The position numbers and the translations under genes were made by a program. From the NCBI RefSeq assembly GCF_964355755.1, contig NC_092670.1:11828795-11892794 (forward strand): DNA of 64,000 nt. The letters run 5' to 3'. Origin of the DNA: Antedon mediterranea. Its lineage: Eukaryota > Animalia > Echinodermata. The notes beneath the pieces are model-generated. The model was not told the DNA's origin and made no database searches. It was given only the letters and a program-made list of their open reading frames with translations. This document shows positions 1 to 11,853 of the stretch, piece after piece. The first letter of the stretch is position 1. Each line of letters opens with the position of its first letter.

Positions 1-470
1 AGTTCTAGTAACAGTACCTTTCATGTTTTAACTTAATGGTTAACATTCAATTTGTTTGTTGGTTCTTTCCTCTGCAACCGTTCTCAGCTTTCTTTTCCTT
101 GTGAAAAAGTAAATATAATATTGTTCAATGAAGATCATCAATCATTCAAAAGGATAAATTGTCTTAATCAATGAGAATGAAAATGAAAAAATAATTTAAA
201 ACATTTTGACAATGACGAATTCTCATAATTTGATAATATTTGTCCAGTATTATGCAAATTGGATGGTTCTTCCATGTTAGGTCCTCTAAAGTTAGTTTTG
301 TATAGGTAAATTTAGCCTAAACATATAGGCGAATATTAAATTTAGTACTTTACTTTTTGATAAACTTCCGATAATGTTACTTTGCAAAACAAGATGAATT
401 GATCCATAAACAGTTTATTTTAAATACAACAAATTACATTTTTCAGAAATGAAGACAGAAAACTGACAAT

Positions 471-3400
471 ATGGCAACAGGTAATGTTAAAGATTGAAAA
501 TAACTGATTTCATCTTGCATACCACCAACATTTCAAATTAAATTTCTTTAAAATGTTCTCTTTTAAATAATTTTATAGATTTTACTGTGAATTTAGTGAA
601 CGTTTCAGGATGGTATGATGACCACAACCTCTTTCGACAGCTGAAAGTGTTATACCACGATTTAATTACAGTAGCGAACATAGACAAAGCCAAGAAAACA
701 ATAGACTTACTGCACCAATTAATGACATCAGGATATTTGAGTTCAGACAAGCCTTCGTTACTTTACGAAACAATCAAAGTAACTCAAACATTTGAAGTAA
801 TGAAAGTTGTCCAACAATCTTTCTTCGAAGATCAAGAAATCAAAATTACAACGTTCACTCCATATCGACACTGGATTTTAGATTTCGGAAATGGACTTAC
901 ACAGGCTGATGTAGAAAACATTGATGCACTGTACAATGGTACTGCGCTAAAGAAATACCAAGATGCTTGGAGTATGATTTTGGATTTTGAACACAGACAA
1001 ATACTTTGTGAAGACAAAATTGAAGAATTTATTACCAGTCTTAACAAAATTGGACTACACTCAAAGGTGGAATGCCTGACTAAAGGTATGTTGTAGGACA
1101 AAATTTGCAAAACCATGTTTATTTGAGGAAAACTATGAAAATAGTGAAATCCACATTTTTTCCGAATAGAAGTACCTAAATAATGTAACAAACAAATAAA
1201 ACAACTTAAAAAAATTGTTTGTATAGTTTTCACATTGACCGACTGGCTTCCAACGTTTTATAATCTTCTTAATTATAATAATTACTAATGTTTAATGTGA
1301 ATATTTCTGAAATGGAAACATTGGAATTGTATTTTTATCAATGAAATGGATAAATGGTCTGAATTTATGATTCGAATGATAGACTTGTCATGAGGTAAAA
1401 TATTAATCTATTCTTATTATTTATTTATCAGGTCAAACAGTAGATAAATAAAAATAGACGTTTTTTCCACTCTATCACAGCTCACCTTTGGCATGGGCGT
1501 CTCTATTTGTCATCGAATATGTTCGATTCAAATCTAAATTCTTTGATATTTTTTACGATTAACATTGGACGATCATAACAGTGGTGATGATATCGTGATT
1601 AGGGGATCTAGGATTCTAGCCTGAATTACGGTTCTGACGTGCTATAAAATACTAGTTTATAGTGTTTCAAAAAGAGCGACGTTTCGGAACCATCATGGAA
1701 CCATTCTCAAGATCAAAATGAGTAAAGAAATTATAGTAAATGTCTCTTAATTCGTTTTTGTATTGCATCGAGAACAGTTTAACACAAATAACATTTTCAG
1801 ATGAGTATACCACTAGTATGAACTTTTGCCAATGAGCTATGCTCGACGCGATTATGAGGTCATGTTCCGAATATGAGTACTGTTTCTATAATTTGACAGT
1901 ATGATTTATATATAATTTACACAGTGCTACGCAACACAATTGATTTATATATTCCGTACCACGCCGAGAATGTTGAAGAGTCGCTATCCAATCGAGTTTG
2001 AACAATACCATGAAAGCCCCAGTGATCTAATGGTTAGGACAGCTCAAGCAGGACGGTCCGAGTTCCAGTGGATCGGTTGGGGCGAATTTTTTCTCATTCT
2101 TACAGATTTCCTTATCGTTATCGTTTCAAATTAATTAATTATTATATTTATATTTTCTTCTTTGTTATTTAGCAGAGGAAGGACCGAGAAGTATGCAAAC
2201 AGAGAAAGTGCCGAGAAGTATGCAAACAGAGGAAGGTAATTTTATACTTTTATGATGATTTTGTTGGTTTATATACATATCATGTAACAGGACATAGACA
2301 GTTTAGGGAGAGAAAATCAGTAAGGGAGATAATAGCCGCCGGAAGTTTTTTTTAGGAATTACGAGGCAAAATAAAAATGTTCAGCAGAAGAGAAATCAAA
2401 CCAAAGAAATTAGTAATAGATTTTAAAATGAAATGAAATTGGCAATGCAATTAGTAATTTGAAATGCAATTATTATTAATTAATAATCCCAAAATAATTC
2501 CATTTACCAATTCAATTGTTAAATTCAAACCATAATCGTGCAGTTCAATAAAAAGAAAAAAGAAAAACTAATCGTCACAAAATCTCAATTCACTTCACAT
2601 CCTAGGCAACAACAAGTAAATTAAAAGTTAACAAGGACAGAGTACGCATATGACGATAACCTTCCTTTCATTCCTTATAATGCTATTCATGTTTAATCAT
2701 TCAAAGTGGTCCATTTAAAATAATAACATTTCGATATATTTACATAAAGCTTGATCTAAAATTAGAAAAACGTCTTCTTGATAAATTACTTTTTAATTAC
2801 GATAGTTTGATTTACAAATTGGCATAACGCCGGGTGGTGTTTTCTCAATGTTTTTGATACATTTTGTAAATTATCAGATTTTAATTCTGTGATTCTGCGA
2901 TTGACTTGTAAATCTAGTCAACAAAAATGTAAATTTTAGAATAAGTAGGGCCTTTTCTGCTGCCAAGTAAATACCGTATATAATACGGTATTTTTTTAAA
3001 TACCGTAAATGTTTGGATGCAGAAACAGCGCTCATAAAAAATTTACCGTATTTTTTTATACCGTATGTTGAGTAGTTGCAGTAGAAACGAGTCCCGAGTC
3101 ATTCATGCATGTCAGAAATATTTTAATATTAGTTCACTCAATGTAGTCTGATATGACAATTTTTTTAATGATAGTGATACTTTCATAAAGGCCTACCGTA
3201 TACGGTTAATTTTATTTTTTTACTATGAACTTATAAGAGAAATAAATTTTACTTTGATTGATTTATAAGTGCGTTACTAAAAAAATGAAATCTTTTTAGT
3301 GAAAATGTTTAACACCTTATTTGCAATGTACTTAGCCTAAGTGCAAAGTAATGTTTACAATGAGAACATACCTTATTTTATTTATTTTTTTTTTTATCAT

Positions 3401-6400
3401 TGTATTTCTATTTTTGTAAATGATAAATGTGTCTGTTAATTAACAAAAATGTATATACAAATGTATTATCATTGTTGCCTAGTTATTCACCAAGTTGTGG
3501 AAAAAAAAGTGAATACAATTTTAAGGGAAATATTTATTGAGTTAAATGAAATGAGAGATTGGTGAATACGGCCACTGGGCTCTATTTTTCCATTCTATTT
3601 CGGATTTGTGATAAATTTAGTTTTCGTTTTGCTGTCCTCTGTTGAGCATATTTTCAACTGAAGTTTTTTTTATCTTCTGATTATCAAAAATTATGTTTGT
3701 CGCCCTCTATAAATCTAAATGTACAAATTAATACGTTATACTAAGCGTATCCGGACAACTACCCCCTGGACAATTACCACCCGGACAACTACCACCCGGA
3801 CAATAACCCCCTAGAACAACTACCACCCATCTACACATAATTAATTTTGTCAATACAGAATGAATTTTGTCTACACAGAATTAATTTTGTCAACACAGAA
3901 TTAATTTTGTCTCCACAGAATGAATTTTGTTTACACAGCTCAGAATGAATTTTGTCAATACAAAATGAATTTTGTGTTGACTACCCCCTTAGGACAACTA
4001 CCCCCTTAGGATAACAACCCCCGGACAACTACCCCCCGGACAACTACCCCCCGGACAAGTACCCCCTTAGGACAACTACCCCCTTAGGATAACTACCCCC
4101 GGTCAACAATCCCCCGGTCAACTACCCCCTCCCCCGGACAACTACCCCCTCCCTTAGGACTATATTTATGTTCAATCTTTTACTTTTGTTTACAATAATG
4201 AATAGTAATTCGTCAAAGTAACGAATTAAAATATAGTTATTAATTCCTATTATACACTGTTGCAGAGTCAGGTTGTTGAATGGTCTGGGTGGTAGTTGTC
4301 CGTCCGGGGGGTAGTTGTTCTAAAGGGATAGTTGTCTGGGTGGTAGTTGTCCAGGGGTTAGTTGTCCTACGGAGGTAGTTGTCTTAAAAGATTATTTGCC
4401 CTCGGAGTATTGTCCAGGTCCAGGAGGTAGTTGTCCGCGGGGTAATTACCCGGGGGGGGGGGGGGTAATTGTCAGGGGGTAATTGTTCCTAGGGGTAATT
4501 GTCCGGGGGGTAGTTGTCCAGGGGTTAGTTGTCCTACGGAAGTAGTTGTCCTAAAAGATTATTTGCCCTCGGAGTATTGTCCAGGTTCAGGAGGTAGTTG
4601 TCCTACGGGGAGTATTGTGTCAGAGGTAGTTTTCCGCGGGGTAATTACCCGGGGGGGGTGGTAATTGTCCGGGGGGTAATTGTCAGAGGGTAATTTTTCT
4701 AAGGGGTTTTTTTCCGGGGGGTAGTTGTCCTAAGGGGGTTGTTGTCCTAAGGGGGTAGTTGTCCGGGGGTATTTGTCCGGGGGGTATTTGTCCGGGGGGT
4801 AGTTGTCCTAAAGGGGTAGTTGTCCTAAGGGGGTAGTTGTCCTAAAGGGGTAGTTGTCCTAAGGGGGTAGTTGTCCAGGTGGTGGTTGTCCGTGGGGTAG
4901 TTTTCCGGGGGTAAATGTCCAGGGGGTGAATATCCGGATACGATTTGGATGCATGACAGTCATAATCACTGGAACTGTTGGGGGGTTTAGTTTTATAAAC
5001 TGAAATCTATCAATTACATTCGAATTATGAATAGTGGAAAAGAAACAAATGGAAACACAGACGTTGAGGCAAGCACTATTTCAATTTCAGGAACGGCAGA
5101 CGATAATACACCGGCTGAAATAAGATGCCGGGCTATCAAACGTTTTGTGGTCGATGAAGATGTGGAGCAACAGGATACGTCGGCGTGCAAATCCTGGATT
5201 GACGAACATGTGTTCATTATTATAGGAGCAGTTATGTTAATATTAGTAGTTGTTGCAGTCTCTGTCACGTTGGGTCTTCTTTCCATTGAATCAAATTCCA
5301 CTGGTAAGTACTTCTTGGCTTTCATCTTAGCTTCCTGCGACGTTTGAAACAAACATTTTTCCAGCCTCCTGCGTAAATGGTTCGTGCTTGGTACTATGAT
5401 AAAGACCGTTTTGATCGTTATCATTAGTTTTTTCCTTAAAGTATAGCTCCCCCCAGCTCTTACGTTTAAGTGTGTGATTATACAAAAAAAAAAGGAAATA
5501 TGACTATTTCCCAACAACTCATTTCTAAAACGTCGGGCAGAAAATAGTGTTTTTTAATATATTACAATTTTTTTCAGTAACTTAAAGGAGAGGTTATTAG
5601 TTTACAATACGTCAATAAACGCGTTATACTTCGCGACGTACGAGTTGTGTTCGTGGTGAACGCATTGGTGTAATTTTTGGTTAATTAGGCCTAATGAATG
5701 CAAATTTTTAAGGCCCATGTGATATTTCTTCAGTATGTTTTACATATAACATTATGATTTGCACTGTACAACAGCATCATCTTAATTAAGTTGCTTATTA
5801 ATTTTAAGCCAGCTTTCTACTTAGCCTAACTAGCTAGGCTTGGATCCATGTCTAGGCCTATATATTCATAAGTTCGAAAAGGCTTGGTCGTTTCGCCCTA
5901 TTTATCGTTACTGGGTTGAAACACAAAATCATCTACAAACAAATTGTATTGTTCACATCACAAAATTGTTAAGTGACGTGAAAGAAAAAGAAAAATTGTT
6001 CAGGTACCCTAGATCATGATGTGTAGTCCGAAGCTGGGTGGTTGCCATAACAAACTTCACTGCTGCTGTAAGGCCATCACAGCCTAGCTAAGCCAAGCAG
6101 CAGCATCAGTACATACCTAGTAGGCCAAGGCCTAGCTTTATTGAATATATAGCCACGTCTTTCTAAGATCTCCTTAAAATAGACATTTTAGTAATAATCT
6201 CATAATCACATCATTACACTGTGAAAACAATGTAGGGTCACATCCAGAATGTTTACATATACTACTTTCCAACCGTCAAAAACTACATCGCGACGAGAAC
6301 AGATCACCGTGCAAGTGCAGTAGATAGTGTTATTGTGAAAAACTCACATGATCATTTTACTGCCTAAATTAATATAAAAAAATACCAATTGACCTTATTA

Positions 6401-7219
6401 TATTGGTGGAAAATTTACGCAAAATTGCGCAAGGTATACTCAATAAAAAATACAGTAATGGAAAGATCTAGAAAAATTACATCAAAAACATTTTAAGATT
6501 TTTTCTAGTATCTTTAATTAGTTCAAGTGCGGCGTTTGAGGTCAGGTGTTTAGCACGAAACCCATATTGGTGGGTGTTTAAAATTTAAAATTTGGTTCGA
6601 TAGTCATTATATATAGACTATTATGCATTGCCTTTTCAAAGATTTTTGAAAATACAGGTAACACTGATATCGGGTGGTAATTTATAATTTCATCAATGTT
6701 TCCTTTATAGACAGGGATAATCTTTGCAATTTTTATTTTATCGAGAAAAATACCAGACTCAAAAGAAATATTTTTATTATGTGAGTTAGTGTCCCGCGAC
6801 GCTGGAAACAAAGCTTTTTCCAGCCTCCTGCGTAAATGGTTCGTGCTTGGTACGTTTTGATCATTAGTTTTCTCCTTAAAGAAGAGCTCCCCTCAAACTT
6901 TTATTATGTTTAGAAAAGTTTAATTAAAGTGATTATACAAAAAAAAAAGGAAAAATATGGCAATATATTTAATAATATGGAAATAGTGCTTTTTAATATA
7001 TTACATTTTTTTCTGCAGAGTCAACTACAATGGCGATTGGTACGACCACACACGAGGCATCAGCAGTAAGTGAATTTGACACGTCCAACACGAACGGTCT
7101 TGCATTACGATCGACAACCATTACACATACATCAACTACAGAGTCAACGGCGAATGCTAAGACAACACCGATAAGTACAACTATAATCCAAAATTCACCA
7201 ACGACAGAGTTAACTAATG
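471..7219 (+). CDS. 5' part of gene 1: tandem DED-like domains, linker, transmembrane helix and Thr-rich stalk (exons 471-480, 579-1085, 2176-2235, 5091-5303, 7019-7219)
   Basis: ATG at 471. All introns are GT-AG and phase 1. Exon 579-1085 encodes two helical repeats; the second (FTPYRHWILDFGNGLTQADVENIDALY...WSMILDFEHRQILCEDKIEEFITSLNKIG) fits the DED pattern. Exon 5091-5303 has the hydrophobic stretch VFIIIGAVMLILVVVAVSVTLGLL. Exon 7019-7219 is Thr/Ser-rich. The donor at 7220 (GTACAG) is weak. Confidence 0.7.
3746..4942. mobile_element. Foldback-type element with modular inverted arrays of GGACAACTACCCC(C) repeats
   Basis: Ends CGTATCCGGA...TCCGGATACG. The left arm has C-rich repeats and the right arm their reverse complements (GGGGGTAGTTGTCC). 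An internal ~20-bp repeat lies at 3838-3980. No TSD seen. Confidence 0.75.
6578..6790 (-). mobile_element. LINE reverse transcriptase fragment (CR1/L2-like)
   Basis: Translation SFESGIF.DKIKIAKIIPVYKG...NYHPISVLPVFSKIFEK matches the RT N-terminal region. Confidence 0.8.
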
Positions 7220-9513
7220 GTACAGCCATAATATGGCAAATTGTTTTATCATTTACTTCTGAATTAAACTTTAAGGCAATTGGTTGCAACTTAAGTCCAA
7301 TATAGGCCTATTCGACTTAATATGCAATATATCACAATCATGTCATTAGCACAAATGCATAGATTAAGATATCGGACAAACTGAAAATGTAATCTGGCAT
7401 CACATGCATATATTCAGTTTATATTAAAAAATATTTAATGATATTTACCAGGATTTAATTAGTATAGATAGAGATAGCCACATGCGATGGTAAAATAGAC
7501 CTAACTAGAATAGCTAAATTACGTACATTTCCTGTTTTTAATATTCATTGTCGTTGCAATGTAAAACAAGAATATTTCTTACAAAAAACGCTGCTCGCTT
7601 ATTGTTATTGCTAAGGTCAAGTCTGGGGGTCACTTCAAGTATCCCATTACAAACAAAAACTTCAATGGACTGTTTTGATAATAATTCAATGATTATCTGA
7701 CAGCGAATTATAGTAATATCATGGGACTCATAAATACCAGAAATGCTTTGGGATTTGTCGACTCTTTTCCCAGCCGTTTTTTGGATTCAACAGGTGAAAT
7801 TATAGTGGAGTTTCCATTTTAACAAAAATGTCAAAATGTAGTACTATAAAGCTGCTTGATTTCATCTAATGAATGAGTCATCTCGTGTGACGTAGCGGGC
7901 TAGAGCAGCAGGGTGAAAAATACTTTTACTTCTATCAAGTTTAATCATCACTGTTCCGACGTACGCAAAGCAGAAAACGATGTGTAATAATATGTACGAT
8001 AAACGGCAATATGCTAACGTCGTCGGCTCTAATTAATTAACCAATAATTAATATAATTAATAATATATAATAATAATTATTATTATTATTATTATAAAGT
8101 GCTTTAAGAATACGATTTATTTTATCGGAAGAAACAATTGAGGAAAATATATAATTATTAAGAATTAGAATGTTGTAAGATGTAAATGAAACACTGGTAA
8201 ACAAATGTTAATAGAAATGCGTGCGTTTGTTTTTGCGTGTAAAATTAAACTAATGAAATGAACTTGAAATATTAGTAAAACACCACTACTCAAGAGAAGA
8301 TGCTAAGGCATTGAGGAATTTATTTTTTAGATATGTTTCTGAACAGGCTCAGAATGAATTTCTGACTGTGTGCGTCATGAGAAGGTACATGGAAAACCCC
8401 GTCATATGGGTCGTTGATTTGTCCGTAGTCATTGCATTTTGCCGGGGATTCCCCATCATTTAAGTATTTCCGTAGTACCCTATTTATTTATCTTCATTTC
8501 CCTACGTCCGTAATATTGGGCCAAATTTCCGTAGTAATTACGGGCGTTCCGAACTTTCAAATAACAGTGTTTAATTGCTTCTTTCTGCAAATTTCTTTCA
8601 TATTTTCTTTTCTGGAGTGTTGATAATAGGCCTAGTAATTAGTTTGGGGACTTCCTCTGACGTTCGTATTGAACGCAACACAAATGTTATCCTTAGTCGC
8701 ATTTTTATCCGAATTATTACTCATTTTGTTTGTATATTATTGACATGATATGATATGTTCATTTATTCTGTGCATGTTAAAATATGTTAAATGCATACGG
8801 TATCGCCGCAAATTACTCAATTATTATTTTTATGTTGAGTCTGATATGTTCGTTTTATTTATGCACATGTGTTCTTAAGACCTAAGCTCCATGATAAAAC
8901 ATTGAATTACTCCTGTATTGTATTAAAAACTAATCAAATGAAGACGACAAAGTTTTATTAATTTATTTCATTTTATCACTAATTTTCTTCTTGATTCTGC
9001 TTCTATTGATGTGTGAGTTCCTGATATTCCTCTTTACACCTAAACAATGGAAGGAAAAACGTTTTAATTAAATTTCTTTTTTTTTTCTTAGCATTTCTTT
9101 TTTCATAGCCAAACTATTAATACGCCGTCTGTAATAAGAGAGTATTTAAACTGTGTCACTGATAGTTAAATTTGTTTTTCGCCAAGACTCCATGATACAA
9201 CTAAACTGGAATGGAAACAACAAATCTAATAAATGCAAATTGTAGTGGAATAACGTTAAGAATGATAACACTGTAATGGTAGTAATAGTCATAAAAAATA
9301 CTATACAACAAAGCATGAGATGCGATAACTAATAGCAAAAACAATAGCACGGTCTAAAATATGCGTGAATGGCGGCGCGGCGCGCCATAGAAATCTGTTG
9401 TGGCCGAAACTGTCTGTGGCCGAAACGGTCATATGCCGTTAGTATTAGGGTAGGCCTAGGCGTTATAGCCTTGCTAGGCCTAGGATTGTTTGGTTGTTTG
9501 TTGACATAATTAA

Positions 9514-9780
9514 AGATGTATTTTCCCTTGAAACACAAAAAATGAAGGTCAAATATTCTAAATTTAAATTGGCCATATTAAAATAATATTAAAGTTATTC
9601 AGTTAAAGTCGAAAATTCGACCCAAAAACCTAACCTAATTAACAGGTAAATTAATTTGATTGCATTTCGTCTGGAAAATTTTCGCGAGCGAAAGTAACCA
9701 AAGATTTCAAACCACGAGTATGCATTATGCATGATGCTAATTAGGTTTTTTTACAACTCACAACAGTTGACAAGGTGTTT
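9514..9780. mobile_element. Truncated copy of the Kolobok-like MITE
   Basis: Matches the first ~270 bp of the element at 26589 (TTAA followed by AGATGTATT...CCCTTGAAACAC). Confidence 0.75.
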
Positions 9781-11369
9781 AATAATTTAAATGTTAAAGT
9801 AGTAATAATAACTAATCTAACCCCGGCAAATACTAGTAATCTGACGTGAACCAAAAACAAAAACGAATAGCACATATTTCAATGACAGCTCAATCATCCC
9901 AGAGAATGTCGTGCAACAGACAAATAAAATATCTCTATACGAGCACGTTAAAAATGACAATATGCACACATTAAGTGCCCAAAAGTGCTGACAAATTTCT
10001 TTTCCATCCCTTTTTAAAATGCAAATACTCTTTAGAATGGAAGATGACCTCAAAATGTGTAACTTATTACGAAAGCCAATGAGTTGTAAATATGAATTCA
10101 TGTGCATATTAAACGTACAAAATGGTATGACGTCACCATTTGGCCACATGAATTTTTAAAATAGAGTTTTTTCACCTTTTGTCATAGATAATCACCTTCA
10201 AGAGTGCATTTCGCTTATCTGTGCTCAATTTTCGCTCAAATTTTATTATATGCTTGCTAAAACAATTATCTTATTCTCTTTTTATCAGTAAAATTATGAA
10301 AATGGTGTCTTATAATTCGTCAAAGTAACAAATATTAAATTCTACTTATTTTTTGGTTTCGTGTTTTACGTGACAATGTTTGACTTCTTGTAAAAATCCA
10401 CTATTAATGGTAATTTTCTTCTTGGTTTAATTAGTTATTTGTTATTTTCTATGCAACATTAATAGAAATAATTGTTTATAAAATTAAATGAAATAACAAA
10501 AATGAAATTAGCTAATTTGTCCAGGTTTTACGTGACAATGTTTGACTTCTTGTAAAAATCCACTATTAATGGTATTTTTCTTCTTGTTATTTTCTATGTA
10601 ACAATAGAAATATTTGTTTATAAAATTATTTATAAAATTAAATAAAATAAACGAATGAAATTGCTTTTTAAGATAGTGTTACAGTACATTTACCTTGATT
10701 AGCTAATAAAATCAAACCAATTTAATGCTTTACTAAATGTATAGACTCAGTATTTGATATTACATGTTATAGGCATCAATAGGGATTACCACCAAAAGAT
10801 TTAATGGTGTTTCTTGGTCACCTAGAACTTCTCAAATTATTGATTCTTACATTATTATTAAACTTAAAGGCCAGGTGCGGCCAAAACATTTCTATTGATC
10901 ATACATTCCAATAATTATCGATCAATAGTTTCCCCTATGTTTCATTATTTTTGGCATTTTATTTTTGTTACACGAACTTGTTGAAAATAAGCACTTTCTT
11001 ATCAGTGTAGGGATAGTACAAATTTTGTAAATAGAGAGGCATTTTTAAAAAAAAGCTATAAAAAATAAACAGTTTAGTAAAAAATGTTATCAGATGACTA
11101 AATATAGGTAATATAACGTGAATTTTACTTTTTTTTTTATTCAATTTTAGAATTTTATTTTTATGCTATAGCAAAAATTATCCACCGTATATCCATCATC
11201 TTTTTTCACCTTTTAGGGAGTCACCAGACATGTTATTACATTAGGTTAAACTACATAACTACTGAAAAAAAGTTTTTATGGCAGAATTTTGGCAAATATT
11301 TGATTTATGTACAAATTACCAGATATTATATTTAAAATTCATGCCTGTATCTAAGCTTTAAGGTTTGTC

Positions 11370-11510
11370 TACACTATCAAACTGTATGTGTCAAAAAATG
11401 TGATGTGCCCATATATGGACATGATGATGTCATATCACTAACATATTTAAGCATAGCACTACCATATAAGGGCACATCAAACTTTTTTGACACATAAAGT
11501 TTGATAGTGT
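11370..11510. mobile_element. Small palindromic MITE-like repeat
   Basis: Inverted arms ACACTATCAAACTGTATGTGTCAAAAAA...TTTTTTGACACATAAAGTTTGATAGTGT. Confidence 0.6.
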
Positions 11511-11853
11511 CAATTCTTTTATAGAGACACACTCTTTTCTATCAGAGTTAAAATACAATCTTGCGGTTTAGTTGTTTCATGTGGGAATAAAACAAAAGAT
11601 ATAGGCCTATATTCTTTGCTAACACCTATCAGAGTAATAAGAGGAGGAGTTCCATTGGATGGTTGTAACTCAGATATGATGATTCAGATCAGCCACATTA
11701 AAAACTAAAAATTGAATAGAAAAATGACCTTAATATAATGACAAATTAGGCCAAAACTATGAATAATTTTGTATATCCTAACACTTGATTTTGCCTAAAA
11801 AATATCAGTGAGTTTTTCCCACCATAACACACGTCAAACTTTATACATTTTAG

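Noticed and set aside
8331-8384. Possible extra exon between the stalk and FReD exons
   Set aside because: It has AG/GT borders but is open only in phase 2, which does not fit the flanking phase-1 junctions.
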